Sequence record: MT028491.1 | Reading direction: 5' to 3' (one strand) | DNA: 64,000 nt | Shown: piece by piece, positions 9,687-18,955 of the stretch | How the letters are laid out: every line of letters starts with the position of its first letter | Numbering within the stretch: the first letter of the stretch is position 1 | Translations under genes and position numbers: made by a program | Notes under the pieces: generated by a model | What the model saw: the letters and a program-made list of their open reading frames with translations, nothing else | Told to the model about the DNA's origin: nothing | Database searches by the model: none

Positions 9687-10375
9687 ATAAAAATAGGCGT
9701 TAGCTCACCTTCGATTCGCTCTTTGGCGATGTTGAAATAATTCTCTTCCAACTCACAACCGACAAACTTCCGATCATTTCTAATTGCCGCTACACCAGTT
9801 GCACCACCACCTAAAAATGGATCAAGAACAACCGCGCCGGGATCGCTGGAATTCAAAATATAATGTTCCATCAGTTCAACCGGCTTTTCGGTTGGATGGA
9901 CTTTGTTTCTTGGATTGGGAAAATTAAAGGATTGTTTGGAGCTAGGGTTATTGATCGGTCTAGCATTTCCTTTATAGAGATAGACAGTATATTCCAAATT
10001 CTTCATATACCATCGATTAGGAGTAACGTTGTTTTTCTCCCAAACCAATAAATTATGTAACTTAAAACCAACATCATGAGCGATATTTAAAAGATCGCGC
10101 AAATTGATGTTGTTTGTCATTATATATGCATCTGTGTTAGGTTTCAAGACCCTATAAAGTTCTGGTAAATAATCGACAATTTGAATATCATTATGATTGA
10201 AAATCTTGCCATCGTTCTTAGTTAAGATACCGGATGGACGCTTATCTTTGCCGTCATTTTTACCACCAGATATAACCCTGTATGGGGGATCGGTGACAAC
10301 CAAATCGATTGTTTCGTCTTCTAAGGTCTTAAGGAAATCTAGACAGTTACCATTAAAAAGTGTCAAATTTTCCAT
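9683..10375 (-). CDS. beta-class N6-adenine/N4-cytosine DNA methyltransferase
   Basis: VVTDPPY (motif IV), HPTEKP, VLDPFLGGGATG (motif I). Confidence 0.92.
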   Translation of the reverse strand: MENLTLFNGNCLDFLKTLEDETIDLVVTDPPYRVISGGKNDGKDKRPSGILTKNDGKIFNHNDIQIVDYLPELYRVLKPNTDAYIMTNNINLRDLLNIAHDVGFKLHNLLVWEKNNVTPNRWYMKNLEYTVYLYKGNARPINNPSSKQSFNFPNPRNKVHPTEKPVELMEHYILNSSDPGAVVLDPFLGGGATGVAAIRNDRKFVGCELEENYFNIAKERIEGELTPIFI

Positions 10376-10387
10376 TAAAAATTAAAT

Positions 10388-10858
10388 TCAAATATTCCCA
10401 TCTATAGTAAATTTTGCACGAATAGCGACTTCTCCGACGCCACAAATTTCAGCAATTTTAGATATGTCTTCATATCCTAATTTTCGGACATACATGTCAA
10501 AAGTCTTTTCTGGAATGAGAAGACTTAAGGCAAAGACATTGGCTTGCCATTCTTCGAATGATGGATTGTTGGCCATATATGCACTAGCATCCTCAATAAT
10601 GGGTAGAGGATGATGTAAAGTGATATGACCTAACATGTGTGCCATTGCATAGCGTTTGCGTCTTGCAGAGTGGTTTCTGTTGATTTCAACGGTAGTCGAA
10701 TCTAGAATGCTATCGCGATCAGCTAGAGTGACGGTAATACCCATACGTTGATATAGTTTCTCCATATCAACGGGTAAAATTCCATCGGTAAAATTCCCAA
10801 AAATCAATTCAGGAATTGTTTTAATTGTGTCTTCGGTTGTCAGTTTTTTGTAATCCAT
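10388..10858 (-). CDS. ImmA/IrrE (M78)-like protein with altered HExxH motif
   Basis: RKRYAMAHMLGHITLH ... EEWQANVFALSLLIP. Confidence 0.75.
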   Translation of the reverse strand: MDYKKLTTEDTIKTIPELIFGNFTDGILPVDMEKLYQRMGITVTLADRDSILDSTTVEINRNHSARRKRYAMAHMLGHITLHHPLPIIEDASAYMANNPSFEEWQANVFALSLLIPEKTFDMYVRKLGYEDISKIAEICGVGEVAIRAKFTIDGNI

Positions 10859-11001
10859 TATTTGGCAACCTTATATTAAAAAATACCCCCGCTTATTTGC
10901 ATAATATATGAGTGGGTAACTCTATTTATCATGATAAATTGAAACACCCTCAAAAAATAATTAAAAATGGGGAAAGTTTAAAACTAACCCCATTTCCAAC
11001 T

Positions 11002-11286
11002 TTAGATCACTTCGAACATTGGTGCCTTTGCAGTGGCAACAACCTTCTTAGTTCTGGTATCGTAAATGTCAATCTTGTTGACATGAACAATGAAGCCTAC
11101 AGCTTCGGAAACGTGATAGTTGACGCCACCAATGTTATACGAAACATTGTAATCGTGGCGGATTTCTTCGGCAAGGTTGTCGGTCTTTTTGCGACGGGAC
11201 TTTGCCTTTGGGAACAGAAGAAGATTGCAACCAAGCTGCGAATATTCGCGGATTACGAAACGATCTTTCTTAAGCAACTTACCCAT
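11002..11286 (-). CDS. hypothetical protein
   Basis: 94 aa, GGAG RBS. Confidence 0.55.
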   Translation of the reverse strand: MGKLLKKDRFVIREYSQLGCNLLLFPKAKSRRKKTDNLAEEIRHDYNVSYNIGGVNYHVSEAVGFIVHVNKIDIYDTRTKKVVATAKAPMFEVI

Positions 11287-11328
11287 TTCCGAATCTCCAT
11301 TTAACAGGTTATGATTACTTCTAACCTA

Positions 11329-11658
11329 TTAGTTGAGATTAGTCAATACGTCTTGATAAATTTTTTGACTAATAATTCGATCAGCACTTTCTACAGCACT
11401 TCGAACTGTGTCTTCTTCAATATTTCCACCTAGTTCTGAAATATCGAAATTCAGTATAACGTCCTTATCATAAATCTTAAGATCGTCTACATTATACCCA
11501 AAGCGATCCAGCGTTGTGACAATCTTACCCTTGCTTGTATCTTCATCGATAACAACAACCACATTTCCTACATAGCTGGCGTCACCAAAACCAAGATGAA
11601 TATTTCCAAGTGGAAGGGCATATCGGTTGTAGGTCTTTGTGTTATTCCATTCAATCAT
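11329..11658 (-). CDS. hypothetical protein
   Basis: 109-aa ORF. Confidence 0.6.
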   Translation of the reverse strand: MIEWNNTKTYNRYALPLGNIHLGFGDASYVGNVVVVIDEDTSKGKIVTTLDRFGYNVDDLKIYDKDVILNFDISELGGNIEEDTVRSAVESADRIISQKIYQDVLTNLN

Positions 11659-11739
11659 TTAAGTTATTCTTGCTCCATTCTTCACGTCATATGACGCTTA
11701 TGCATTGTTTGTGATTTAACTCTATATTAGGTTTTTATG

Positions 11740-12285
11740 TTAGTCAAATGTAAAATTAGAATTTTCTAACATAGCGATTTCGTGGTTTAATCGAATGACT
11801 CTGAAAATGTCAACGATCATATATGGATCAGTCAATTCGATACTAACAAATGGGAGTGTTCCATTCTTGAAATGAAAACATGCATCAGGTGGCTTGTTTT
11901 TATCGATATGTTCAATGAGTGTAATTTTTCTAAAATCACCAACGCTACCCCATTGATATTCATAGTAGTAACATGCCGCCATTGAATGAGACGCATTAGT
12001 TAATCTAAGTTCATAGAATGCTGTAGTCAAATACTCCCTTCTTAGGGTAATAAGAGTATCATGAGGATTCTTACTAATAACCCTCTCTAATCTTAGAAAT
12101 GGATTTGAAATTGGAATTATTCCTAAATTACTATTTGTCACCTTTTCACGTGTAACATCCGTCACGAACAAATGTCTAATATCAATATGATAATTGCCAC
12201 TAGCTGTTTTAACAAAAGGATGTTCAAGATCGTCATACTTGACTAGCAAATCATATAATTCGTCTACTGGCGTTTTCTTTTGCAT
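11740..12285 (-). CDS. orphan protein, C-terminal FxxIxxxH family
   Basis: ends IFRVIRLNHEIA... Confidence 0.65.
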   Translation of the reverse strand: MQKKTPVDELYDLLVKYDDLEHPFVKTASGNYHIDIRHLFVTDVTREKVTNSNLGIIPISNPFLRLERVISKNPHDTLITLRREYLTTAFYELRLTNASHSMAACYYYEYQWGSVGDFRKITLIEHIDKNKPPDACFHFKNGTLPFVSIELTDPYMIVDIFRVIRLNHEIAMLENSNFTFD

Positions 12286-12748
12286 ATTCCAACCTATGAT
12301 TCATGGCAATTATATTAAACATCGAATTAACTGACTGATACCAACATGAAATGTTCTTATAAGGGTCTTCCCATTCTTTTATGAGTCTTGCCGTCTTATA
12401 TTCCTTGTCCATATGTATTTTGATAAAATCTTTATCATTAATAAATGTAAGGGTTTGGGATGTTGGCTTAACTGTAAGGTGAATGCAGTCCGCCACAAAA
12501 AATGAATTTTTCTTGTGTTTCATATTAAGATCACTTTGGAAAGTAAAATGGGATTTCCAAAAGGATGTTACACTCTTCATTTCTTGTGAAACCGATAATT
12601 CCCTAATGTCTGCATTGGTTATCTTAAAAAACTCTGTAAAGAAACAAATGAACAAATCATGACCAACCCCAAGATGTGTACCTGATAAAAGGCATGTCGT
12701 GGACCCGTAGGAGATAAATTCATTTTCTACTAAGTTTTCGATATTCAA
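12251..12748 (-). CDS. orphan protein, C-terminal FxxIxxxH family
   Basis: ends MFNIIAMNHRLE... Confidence 0.65.
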   Translation of the reverse strand: MNIENLVENEFISYGSTTCLLSGTHLGVGHDLFICFFTEFFKITNADIRELSVSQEMKSVTSFWKSHFTFQSDLNMKHKKNSFFVADCIHLTVKPTSQTLTFINDKDFIKIHMDKEYKTARLIKEWEDPYKNISCWYQSVNSMFNIIAMNHRLEYAKENASRRII

Positions 12749-12830
12749 AATCTATCTCCATCATGACGATTAAATGCATATCGAAGATACAACAAAATAC
12801 CAACAATTACAATAAAGAAAATGACGATAT

Positions 12831-13103
12831 TCATGTTATTCTGGATTGTAGGATACCAACAAAGAAGCCCAATGTAAGAGCCGCTTGATCGTATGATTCA
12901 AAATAATTGCCTGATTTGTATCTGGTAATGTCAAGATGATTTCCTGACCAGACAGATTGACCAATATTAAATGGACAATTCGAATTCGATATACTATAGA
13001 AGAAATAGTATGTGTTGCCTTCGGATGGAATTTTAACACTATCGAAGCTTAGGGATTCACTAATACCCTCTTCATCGATGTATTGATATGTGTCATCAGT
13101 CAT
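12831..13103 (-). CDS. hypothetical protein
   Basis: 90-aa ORF. Confidence 0.6.
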   Translation of the reverse strand: MTDDTYQYIDEEGISESLSFDSVKIPSEGNTYYFFYSISNSNCPFNIGQSVWSGNHLDITRYKSGNYFESYDQAALTLGFFVGILQSRIT

Positions 13104-13644
13104 TAGTTACCCCTAGATCGACACTAAGCTTATGTGCACCAATAATAAAGTTATAGATGTACATGTGAAACTTATATGTCTGCATTATTTCTGTTTCTTT
13201 CTCACCTTGTTTATCATTTTTGATCCAAGTTTGATTTCCAAATGAAGCCGTTTCATTTGTTACAACGAAACACAAAAATCTAGAAAATTTATTTTGTTCA
13301 AACATGAAATGAACTTCTTTGCGATCATTTATCCAAATTCTGGAAATATCACCAAGACCACACAAACTAATATTTTTACGCTCAAAACCAAATATGCCTT
13401 TTGTACAAACATTGAGCGTAAAATTATCAAATATGAGACTGTCAAGCGTGATATCCAAAACATATCCTTTTGGACTGGTGAATTGAAGAAGTTGCTTACC
13501 CTTATAGCTTGCTACAGAAAACGCACATCCCAAATTAACCAGCTTTCCCAATGCAGGAAGCAAGTTTAGCTCTTCTTTAAATTGTTCAAGCTTGGACATT
13601 GTTTGCCCATTTGATTGCGATTCGATTGAATTCCAATGTCGCAT
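13096..13644 (-). CDS. orphan protein, C-terminal FxxIxxxH family
   Basis: ends IYNFIIGAHKLS...; real start probably MSKLEQ. Confidence 0.65.
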   Translation of the reverse strand: MRHWNSIESQSNGQTMSKLEQFKEELNLLPALGKLVNLGCAFSVASYKGKQLLQFTSPKGYVLDITLDSLIFDNFTLNVCTKGIFGFERKNISLCGLGDISRIWINDRKEVHFMFEQNKFSRFLCFVVTNETASFGNQTWIKNDKQGEKETEIMQTYKFHMYIYNFIIGAHKLSVDLGVTND

Positions 13645-14038
13645 TGTAGACTTGCCGCATTTTTCTGTCCATGTGACTGACAGGGGTTTCCTTAACCCGC
13701 GTATTGCTCTTGATTGTCAAAACATCATGAGCCTGTGATTCAATCCAGATGCGACCAATGAAAATTTCATCATCTGGATTGCCATCATTTGCTTTATCAA
13801 CATCGTAAACGTCGATTCGAGACACCACATAAGAGCGGCCTTTCTTTTCGCCGTCATTATCCCATGATAATGAAAACCCGTTAGTGATTGGTTTAATTTG
13901 TGTGTCTGTACGAAAAACACCAGATGGAATATACAGACGTGCACCCAAATACGGAACGCATAGACCTTCAAAATTAAGGATATGGTTTACCCTCTTCACA
14001 TTGTCTATTTCTTTCTGCATATTCTCATTCATAAGCAA
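13586..14038 (-). CDS. orphan protein, probable divergent family member
   Basis: FSLSW internal motif; ends VYNATLEFNRIA. Confidence 0.6.
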   Translation of the reverse strand: MLMNENMQKEIDNVKRVNHILNFEGLCVPYLGARLYIPSGVFRTDTQIKPITNGFSLSWDNDGEKKGRSYVVSRIDVYDVDKANDGNPDDEIFIGRIWIESQAHDVLTIKSNTRVKETPVSHMDRKMRQVYNATLEFNRIAIKWANNVQA

Positions 14039-14177
14039 TCCTCATATATTTCTTTAAACGATGTTCCGGTGCTGTCTCTCACTGTCATCATGACAGATTC
14101 TATGATCTTTGAACATACATTTGGCAATTTGATTATCTCATTATCTACCATATCTTTAATCGATATGCAACCATCTG

Positions 14178-14510
14178 TCATATCTTCCCAAATACCTCTT
14201 GATGTGCTGTTGTATAAAGATGTGGAGATTCATACCTTCCTGACAAAACAAATGCCAATTCATCATATTCATAATCGTCACCATTCACATTGAAATAAAA
14301 CTGAATTTGTCTTTGGAGAAAACTTTCCAGACATCCAATAGCATGTAAGAATGTCAGATAATCGTAATTTTCAGGAATTTCAAATATGATGTTATTAATC
14401 AATTGATGTTCAACATCATATGTAAAAGAAAGACGACTGTTCCTTTCAAATCTCGATTCTACTAAATCAAAGGATGGAGTTGATTGTGTCGTGTTGACAT
14501 TTCGTGACAT
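14178..14510 (-). CDS. hypothetical protein
   Basis: 110-aa ORF. Confidence 0.55.
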   Translation of the reverse strand: MSRNVNTTQSTPSFDLVESRFERNSRLSFTYDVEHQLINNIIFEIPENYDYLTFLHAIGCLESFLQRQIQFYFNVNGDDYEYDELAFVLSGRYESPHLYTTAHQEVFGKI

Positions 14511-15550
14511 GATTTAATAACTCCTAAAAATTGTTCCGAATGTAAAGGCTGGTGCCATTTGTCATTTGATATGAGAAATAATTTTTTAGTTTTCACATTA
14601 ATTGCCATGCCGTCAACTATTTTATATTCCTGTGGCGATCTATCCCAACACTCATTATCGGAAACCCCAAAATAAGGATAATTTTGGATTAACCAATTTA
14701 TACGTTGATTTTCTGACTCCAACATCGGTTCGAAATAAAGATAATCTTCACTATGTTCGAGGTATGTGTCATATAGATTTAACAAACAATCTGGAATATG
14801 ATACAATTCGTTATCATTTCCCTCTTGTCTTAGATTTAAGTAGTTAGAACCGCCTTGCGAGCCACACACGACTTGTGCGAGCCTTTCACCAAAATATCTA
14901 CCATCAAATTCATTATCGATACCGATCCAATATTCGTTTTGAAGAAACCATTCGTCAAATTTCTCACTAAGATATGAAACACCTTCTCTCAAATAACCAT
15001 AAATTTCGTCAAGAAAGTCAATATAATTAACATTTGTTTTCATAGACATAATAGTTGATCCAGAATTGGAACTACGCGCATAGAGACTATTATTGTGAAT
15101 TCTATTGATTATTGGTATCCTTGTTCCTTCCACAAAATTTCCAACGTGATTTATGTGCTGTCCAAGGGATATTGTAGAATAACGGCACATAGGATTAAGC
15201 CAAGCATAAGGCAAAAAGAACCACTGATAGCGAGTTGAATCCACTGTTCCAGACTTTACATGTGTTTTATACCAGATGAATAAACCACCACGCGCATTAT
15301 CTTTCTTGAGAATGTTATATAGTGCCAAGTGTCGGTCTTCTACCGGTGGGACTGAATACCAGTTTTCTTTTTTAATACAAGAACCACTATCAGTTGTTGA
15401 AATAACGTTTAGAGAATTATTAGCACCGAAATATGCCAATTCCATATCATCAAGAGAAATAATGTTCGATAAATTATCACACACTATTTCTGATAGTTTT
15501 TCTACCAATTTAGCTTTGCGATTATAGTTTTTAAAGTCTCTTACGTGCAT
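14462..15550 (-). CDS. orphan protein, C-terminal FxxIxxxH family
   Basis: 362 aa; ends FLGVIKSCHEMS... Confidence 0.65.
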   Translation of the reverse strand: MHVRDFKNYNRKAKLVEKLSEIVCDNLSNIISLDDMELAYFGANNSLNVISTTDSGSCIKKENWYSVPPVEDRHLALYNILKKDNARGGLFIWYKTHVKSGTVDSTRYQWFFLPYAWLNPMCRYSTISLGQHINHVGNFVEGTRIPIINRIHNNSLYARSSNSGSTIMSMKTNVNYIDFLDEIYGYLREGVSYLSEKFDEWFLQNEYWIGIDNEFDGRYFGERLAQVVCGSQGGSNYLNLRQEGNDNELYHIPDCLLNLYDTYLEHSEDYLYFEPMLESENQRINWLIQNYPYFGVSDNECWDRSPQEYKIVDGMAINVKTKKLFLISNDKWHQPLHSEQFLGVIKSCHEMSTRHNQLHPLI

Positions 15551-16482
15551 TTTGTAGCCTTTGTAAATCTGATAATATTGTCTAGTGCCTCAACACCAAG
15601 GTAGTGATAACCAGAATCGCGTTTATAGAGAACCGCACCATCTTTACTAACTGACATAGTTAACACAATTGATCTTTTATAATGATCTTCCAATTGTCGG
15701 AGGAAGATACTAAGAATTTTATGCTGTCTTGCCTCTATATGATAACTATATTCTTGAGATTCGTTATCTGTTAAAGGCACTCGATAACTATGTTTGTGAG
15801 CAAGGACATAATTTTTCAAAACCATTGTTGGCGGTATCACAAGCTTATTTTCTGTCTGCAACAATGGTGGCAGAAACCAAGGATTGATATTATCAATTGA
15901 TATCCCAAAGTGACTATTGGGCTGTGCATCCTCAATCCACGCATCATATAGATGTTTATTAACCTCATAGAACAGATTAGTGAGTAGAAAATCCAACTCA
16001 TATCGTATCTGACTATGATAAACGTAAGTCTTATTTGCTGTTCTGTCTTCAATAAAATATCGAATCGGGATTGATTTCTTTCGCACATCCTGAGAAATTT
16101 TTGACCTAAATGTGTATTTCATTCCTTGAGTGCCATCACTATCAATCCTAGTGGTATCACCCTTTGGAACTTCATAGAAAGGATTGAACCAGTTAAATGG
16201 TAAGAAGAATTTCATTTCAGTTGGTGGGTAATAAAACAAGACGCCGGGATTTCCTACTTTGAAATCGTCAAGATCAACGTCATTAAAGACGTAATCATTA
16301 GAGTTAGTCATGTTATAATGATCAATTCTCATCTGATCACTATATGTTACAAAATCATTACCCGCCATACTGCGACAAACGAGAACATCACAATAATCGG
16401 AATTAAGAAATTCTGGTTCCGACAAAACCTTTGCAATTGTATCAGATAGAGGAAACAATTCAAACCAATTATCAGAAGTCAT
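15541..16482 (-). CDS. hypothetical protein
   Basis: 313-aa ORF behind promoter near 16545. Confidence 0.7.
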   Translation of the reverse strand: MTSDNWFELFPLSDTIAKVLSEPEFLNSDYCDVLVCRSMAGNDFVTYSDQMRIDHYNMTNSNDYVFNDVDLDDFKVGNPGVLFYYPPTEMKFFLPFNWFNPFYEVPKGDTTRIDSDGTQGMKYTFRSKISQDVRKKSIPIRYFIEDRTANKTYVYHSQIRYELDFLLTNLFYEVNKHLYDAWIEDAQPNSHFGISIDNINPWFLPPLLQTENKLVIPPTMVLKNYVLAHKHSYRVPLTDNESQEYSYHIEARQHKILSIFLRQLEDHYKRSIVLTMSVSKDGAVLYKRDSGYHYLGVEALDNIIRFTKATKCT

Positions 16483-16590
16483 ACCAAATCCTTTGTTGAA
16501 ACCATAGTAAGTTTCATTCCTAAGTCAAATGCAGAAAAAAGTCAACAAAAAAGCTGGAAAGGTTTCCCAATCCAGCTTTTAATTTATTAT

Positions 16591-16974
16591 TTATTTTGTT
16601 TCGAATTTGGCCTTTAAGCGCTCATATTCTTGCCTTTCATTAGCAAGTTTATCGGCTTCTAGCTTTTCTATAGCTACAGCTTCGGCATTTTCCTTAATCA
16701 GACGTGAACGCATTTCTTCGTCTGTTTCTTCATCAATTCCAACCATTGATATCCAATGATCTGTCTCTTCATATTTTTCATCATAGCGACTAAATGGAAT
16801 TAATCGAATGTTTTCAATAGGGATATTGTGATTAACAGAGAACATTTTAAAAATCTCTTGAACAGCCTCAAGAGTGTAACCATCATCAAAATCACGAACA
16901 TTTTCAAGTTCCTGATCTTTCTTAGGGAGTTTCAAATTTCCGTATTCATCGCGAATGCCCTTAAGCTTTCCCAT
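16591..16974 (-). CDS. hypothetical protein
   Basis: 127-aa ORF followed by terminator hairpin near 16550-16580. Confidence 0.7.
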   Translation of the reverse strand: MGKLKGIRDEYGNLKLPKKDQELENVRDFDDGYTLEAVQEIFKMFSVNHNIPIENIRLIPFSRYDEKYEETDHWISMVGIDEETDEEMRSRLIKENAEAVAIEKLEADKLANERQEYERLKAKFETK

Positions 16975-16994
16975 AACAAATCCCTTTCAAAAAT

Positions 16995-17077
16995 TGGTGC
17001 GCTCTGCCGGAATCGAACCGGCACTCCGAAGAACTAGATTTTGAGACTAGCGTGTCTACCAATTCCACCAAGAGCGC
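16995..17077 (-). tRNA. tRNA-Leu(CAA)
   Basis: GCGCTCT acceptor, CT-CAA-AA loop, long variable arm, TTCGATT T-loop, A73-CCA. Confidence 0.93.
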
Positions 17078-17099
17078 TTAGATAATGTTTTGACACGAT

Positions 17100-17172
17100 T
17101 GACAACAACAGGGATCGAACCCATACATATCGTTTATCATACGACCGTTCTACCACATTAAACTATATCATC
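17100..17172 (-). pseudogene. degenerate tRNA-Ile(GAT)-like element inside a 22-bp inverted repeat
   Basis: D-like TAGTTTAATGTGGTAGAAC, anticodon arm GTCGT-ATGATAA-ACGAT, GGGTTCGATCCC T-arm; G:U-rich acceptor; no CCA. Confidence 0.6.
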
Positions 17173-17194
17173 AATCGTGGCAAAACATTATCAG

Positions 17195-17554
17195 TCAAGC
17201 ATCAATTGATATCATGCCTATAATTTTACCTGACAAGATCAACAATTGATTACAGGCATCATCATAATTCATATCAGCATATGTGTCTATCTTAAATTGT
17301 AGTTTCAATTCTTCTTGTGACAATTTCAAATATTCACAAATTAAACGTTCTGGAATACGCTGTTTCCTAATAAATTCGCCAAGATTGATTAATTCTCTTG
17401 ACAAACGGGAAAGTTGTTCTGCCCTTTCTGGATCATCTGGATAAAGGTCATTCCAAACTGTGTTATACCTTGCTTTAAACTTATAAAGTTTAAATGGCCT
17501 GACAGTCTGACCACTTGCAGATTGCAATGGTGTATAAACATTATTCCATTTCAT
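17195..17554 (-). CDS. hypothetical protein
   Basis: 119-aa ORF between tRNAs. Confidence 0.65.
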   Translation of the reverse strand: MKWNNVYTPLQSASGQTVRPFKLYKFKARYNTVWNDLYPDDPERAEQLSRLSRELINLGEFIRKQRIPERLICEYLKLSQEELKLQFKIDTYADMNYDDACNQLLILSGKIIGMISIDA

Positions 17555-17574
17555 ACTTTACCCCTTAACGAAAC

Positions 17575-17649
17575 TGGTCCTGATAGGTGGATTTGAACCA
17601 CCGCTATCTGCTCCACAAACAGATGTGCTAACCACTACACTATATCAGA
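17575..17649 (-). tRNA. tRNA-His(GTG), no G-1, A73
   Basis: TCTGT-TT-GTG-GA-GCAGA arm; TTCAAAT T-loop; ACCA end. Confidence 0.9.
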
Positions 17650-17650
17650 G

Positions 17651-17722
17651 CGCGCCGCCGGGGATTCGAACCCCGACTAACGGTTTTGGAGACCGTTGTG
17701 CTAACCGTTACACCAACGACAC
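17651..17722 (-). tRNA. tRNA-Trp(CCA), 3' CCA not encoded
   Basis: ACGGT-CT-CCA-AA-ACCGT arm, G73; 1 nt from tRNA-His. Confidence 0.88.
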
Positions 17723-17740
17723 ATTGTTTCATTGTAGTTC

Positions 17741-17748
17741 TATTTATA
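17741..17748 (-). promoter_or_regulatory. T4-like late promoter
   Basis: TATAAATA 19 nt upstream of tRNA-Trp. Confidence 0.6.
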
Positions 17749-17754
17749 ACAAAA

Positions 17755-18147
17755 CTACTTCTTTTTTACAAGACTCTTATCAAATTCAATTCGCCTATGT
17801 TCATCTTCGATAAAGATATTGAATGGCTTGTGAGTCTTTGCGAAATTCTCGCTACCAATATGTTGAGCCGCAATCTGATAGTATGCATTTTCAAATGCAC
17901 GATCTACCGCAATTGGACCGGGCTTGGTATCTGCTACAGCTTCCAAGGTAATTCGCTGGAACCATCCAAGGGCAATCTGCAAAGCCATATCTTCGTCTTC
18001 CATGACTTCATCAGCGCCGAAACTGTCATTTAGTTTGCGAAGGATGACTTCTTTGATTTCTGCATAATGCGCATCGGCAATCTTTTCCAATCGCGCAATA
18101 GCTTGCTCATTTAAAATGCGTTCTTCTTCTGGAATTTCATCCATCAC
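17755..18147 (-). CDS. hypothetical protein
   Basis: 130-aa ORF. Confidence 0.7.
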   Translation of the reverse strand: MMDEIPEEERILNEQAIARLEKIADAHYAEIKEVILRKLNDSFGADEVMEDEDMALQIALGWFQRITLEAVADTKPGPIAVDRAFENAYYQIAAQHIGSENFAKTHKPFNIFIEDEHRRIEFDKSLVKKK

Positions 18148-18167
18148 AAACCCTTTCTAATCACCAA

Positions 18168-18557
18168 TCAAAGGCTCTTGAAAATTTCCGTAGCCTTCTT
18201 ACCGTCATACTGATTTGGATAGGTTGCCTTCATGTACTTCATGAAATCGCCCATCGTCATCGTTTTGAACGTTTCTGCAACTGCCAAAATTTCATCATCA
18301 GAAAGCATCTTTGGGAGATACTTTTCCAATGCTTCAATTTCACCAGCCAAATCATCACTTGGCTTGAGTGTATAGGTTTCCTGCCAATTCTTATGAAGAG
18401 ATTTCAGAATAGTAACAACAGACGAATCATCAGACTGTTTATCCTTATCCAACTTGCGTTCAATTTCGCCAATAATTGTCTGATAAGTTACACCAAGACG
18501 ATGACCAATCTTTCGGGCTTCGTCACGATGTACTTTAATCTTCTCATAAATTGTCAT
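18168..18557 (-). CDS. GatB/YqeY domain protein
   Basis: YQTIIGEIERK...DDSSVVTILKS...EIEALEKYLPKMLSDDEI pattern. Confidence 0.75.
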   Translation of the reverse strand: MTIYEKIKVHRDEARKIGHRLGVTYQTIIGEIERKLDKDKQSDDSSVVTILKSLHKNWQETYTLKPSDDLAGEIEALEKYLPKMLSDDEILAVAETFKTMTMGDFMKYMKATYPNQYDGKKATEIFKSL

Positions 18558-18742
18558 ACCACATACTCCAATAGCTTGCGTTCATTATAAACTTCCGTTG
18601 CTTCACGATAAGCAACCATTTCCCAAGGTAATGTAGCAAGTTCCTCAATCTCTTGTTGCAACTTGTCCATGGGCATGGTCTTATAACCATTGATACGCGC
18701 TTCGCGCTCCCAAGGTCTTTCTTGATCCATTACACTACCCAT
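18554..18742 (-). CDS. hypothetical protein
   Basis: 62-aa ORF. Confidence 0.55.
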   Translation of the reverse strand: MGSVMDQERPWEREARINGYKTMPMDKLQQEIEELATLPWEMVAYREATEVYNERKLLEYVV

Positions 18743-18955
18743 TCAAAACCTTTTTGTTTTCTTGAGCCTATCAGACTCAAATCTAATTACCGATTTGATG
18801 TAACTGCCACTTTCCATGATGTCAACAGCCAGTTTATTCATCATTTCACGATTACACCTATGTCGAATGAAATCAGGTGGCGTATAAATCAATTTACCAG
18901 ATTCTTCATCCTTTAGATAAAGTCTCTTATTGATCTTTACAATTATCAATTTCAT
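18743..18955 (-). CDS. hypothetical protein
   Basis: 70-aa ORF. Confidence 0.55.
   Translation of the reverse strand: MKLIIVKINKRLYLKDEESGKLIYTPPDFIRHRCNREMMNKLAVDIMESGSYIKSVIRFESDRLKKTKRF

Noticed and set aside
10912-11304. Plus-strand 130-aa ORF
   Set aside because: Antisense to an RBS-bearing minus-strand ORF in a minus-strand operon, with no recognisable motifs.
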